A stretch of DNA of 64,000 bases from NCBI GenBank assembly GCA_965248535.1, contig CBDFJR010000002.1, positions 864,001 through 928,000 on the forward strand, given 5' to 3'. Shown one piece after another: positions 63,796 through 64,000 of the stretch (position 1 is the stretch's first letter; each line of letters begins with the position of its first letter). A program made the position numbers and the translations under genes. The notes under the pieces are model-generated. The model had not been told where the DNA came from and did no database searches. It saw only the letters and a list, made by a program, of their open reading frames with translations. This DNA comes from Phormidesmis sp. Its GTDB lineage: Bacteria > Cyanobacteriota > Cyanobacteriia > Leptolyngbyales > Leptolyngbyaceae.

Positions 63796-64000
63796 TTAGC
63801 TGCTGGTCAGCTTTGTCCAATATTTTTCATAGAGTTCTAACACGGGTTTATCGAGTGGGGCTAGGGTTTCGGAGCGATCGAGAAGATTGCGCGGCGGAAA
63901 GAGCGTCACGTTATTCTTTAAGTGGCTAGGAAGCTGATTAAAAGCAGCCTCGTTGGGAGTCGCAAAAAACAGCCGTTCAGTGACTTTGGCTGCCACTTCA
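63796..64000 (-). CDS. potD: Polyamine ABC substrate-binding protein, 3' end only
   Basis: FATPN...LFPP...LYEKYWTKL; upstream of potB/potC. Confidence 0.75.
   Translation of the reverse strand, partial: EVAAKVTERLFFATPNEAAFNQLPSHLKNNVTLFPPRNLLDRSETLAPLDKPVLELYEKYWTKLTSS

Overview
Mostly core-genome DNA of a cyanobacterium. This rests on psaK, chlL/chlN, ntcB, sipA, ycf66, a Pix-type taxis operon and very frequent HIP1 GCGATCGC octamers; a filamentous Leptolyngbya/Oculatella-like host is only an inference. Housekeeping genes include alaS, ileS, murB/murC, accB-efp, thiL, lipB, ppa, moaE and potBCD. Larger modules: (i) a six-gene PatA/CheY/CheW/MCP/CheA/MCP taxis operon at 28.1-39.0 kb, with one atypical cyanobacteriochrome-like GAF (DPL...CHC) and one Cys-less GAF; (ii) a nirB-like/ntcB/cnaT cluster with a consensus NtcA promoter; (iii) a small decayed defence/mobile islet at 45.8-48.0 kb (Uma2, possible type ISP RM scar, internally deleted vapC, antitoxin, and a RAYT transposase bracketed by its own palindromes, with a related solo palindrome at 58.8 kb). 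Also present: two nested MITE-like elements, REP-like hairpins, and a 73-nt end-paired structured element resembling a minimal bacterial Y RNA upstream of a YiaA/B gene. Five conserved genes each carry a single-base frameshift, probably assembly errors. No rRNA, tRNA, CRISPR array or prophage was seen.
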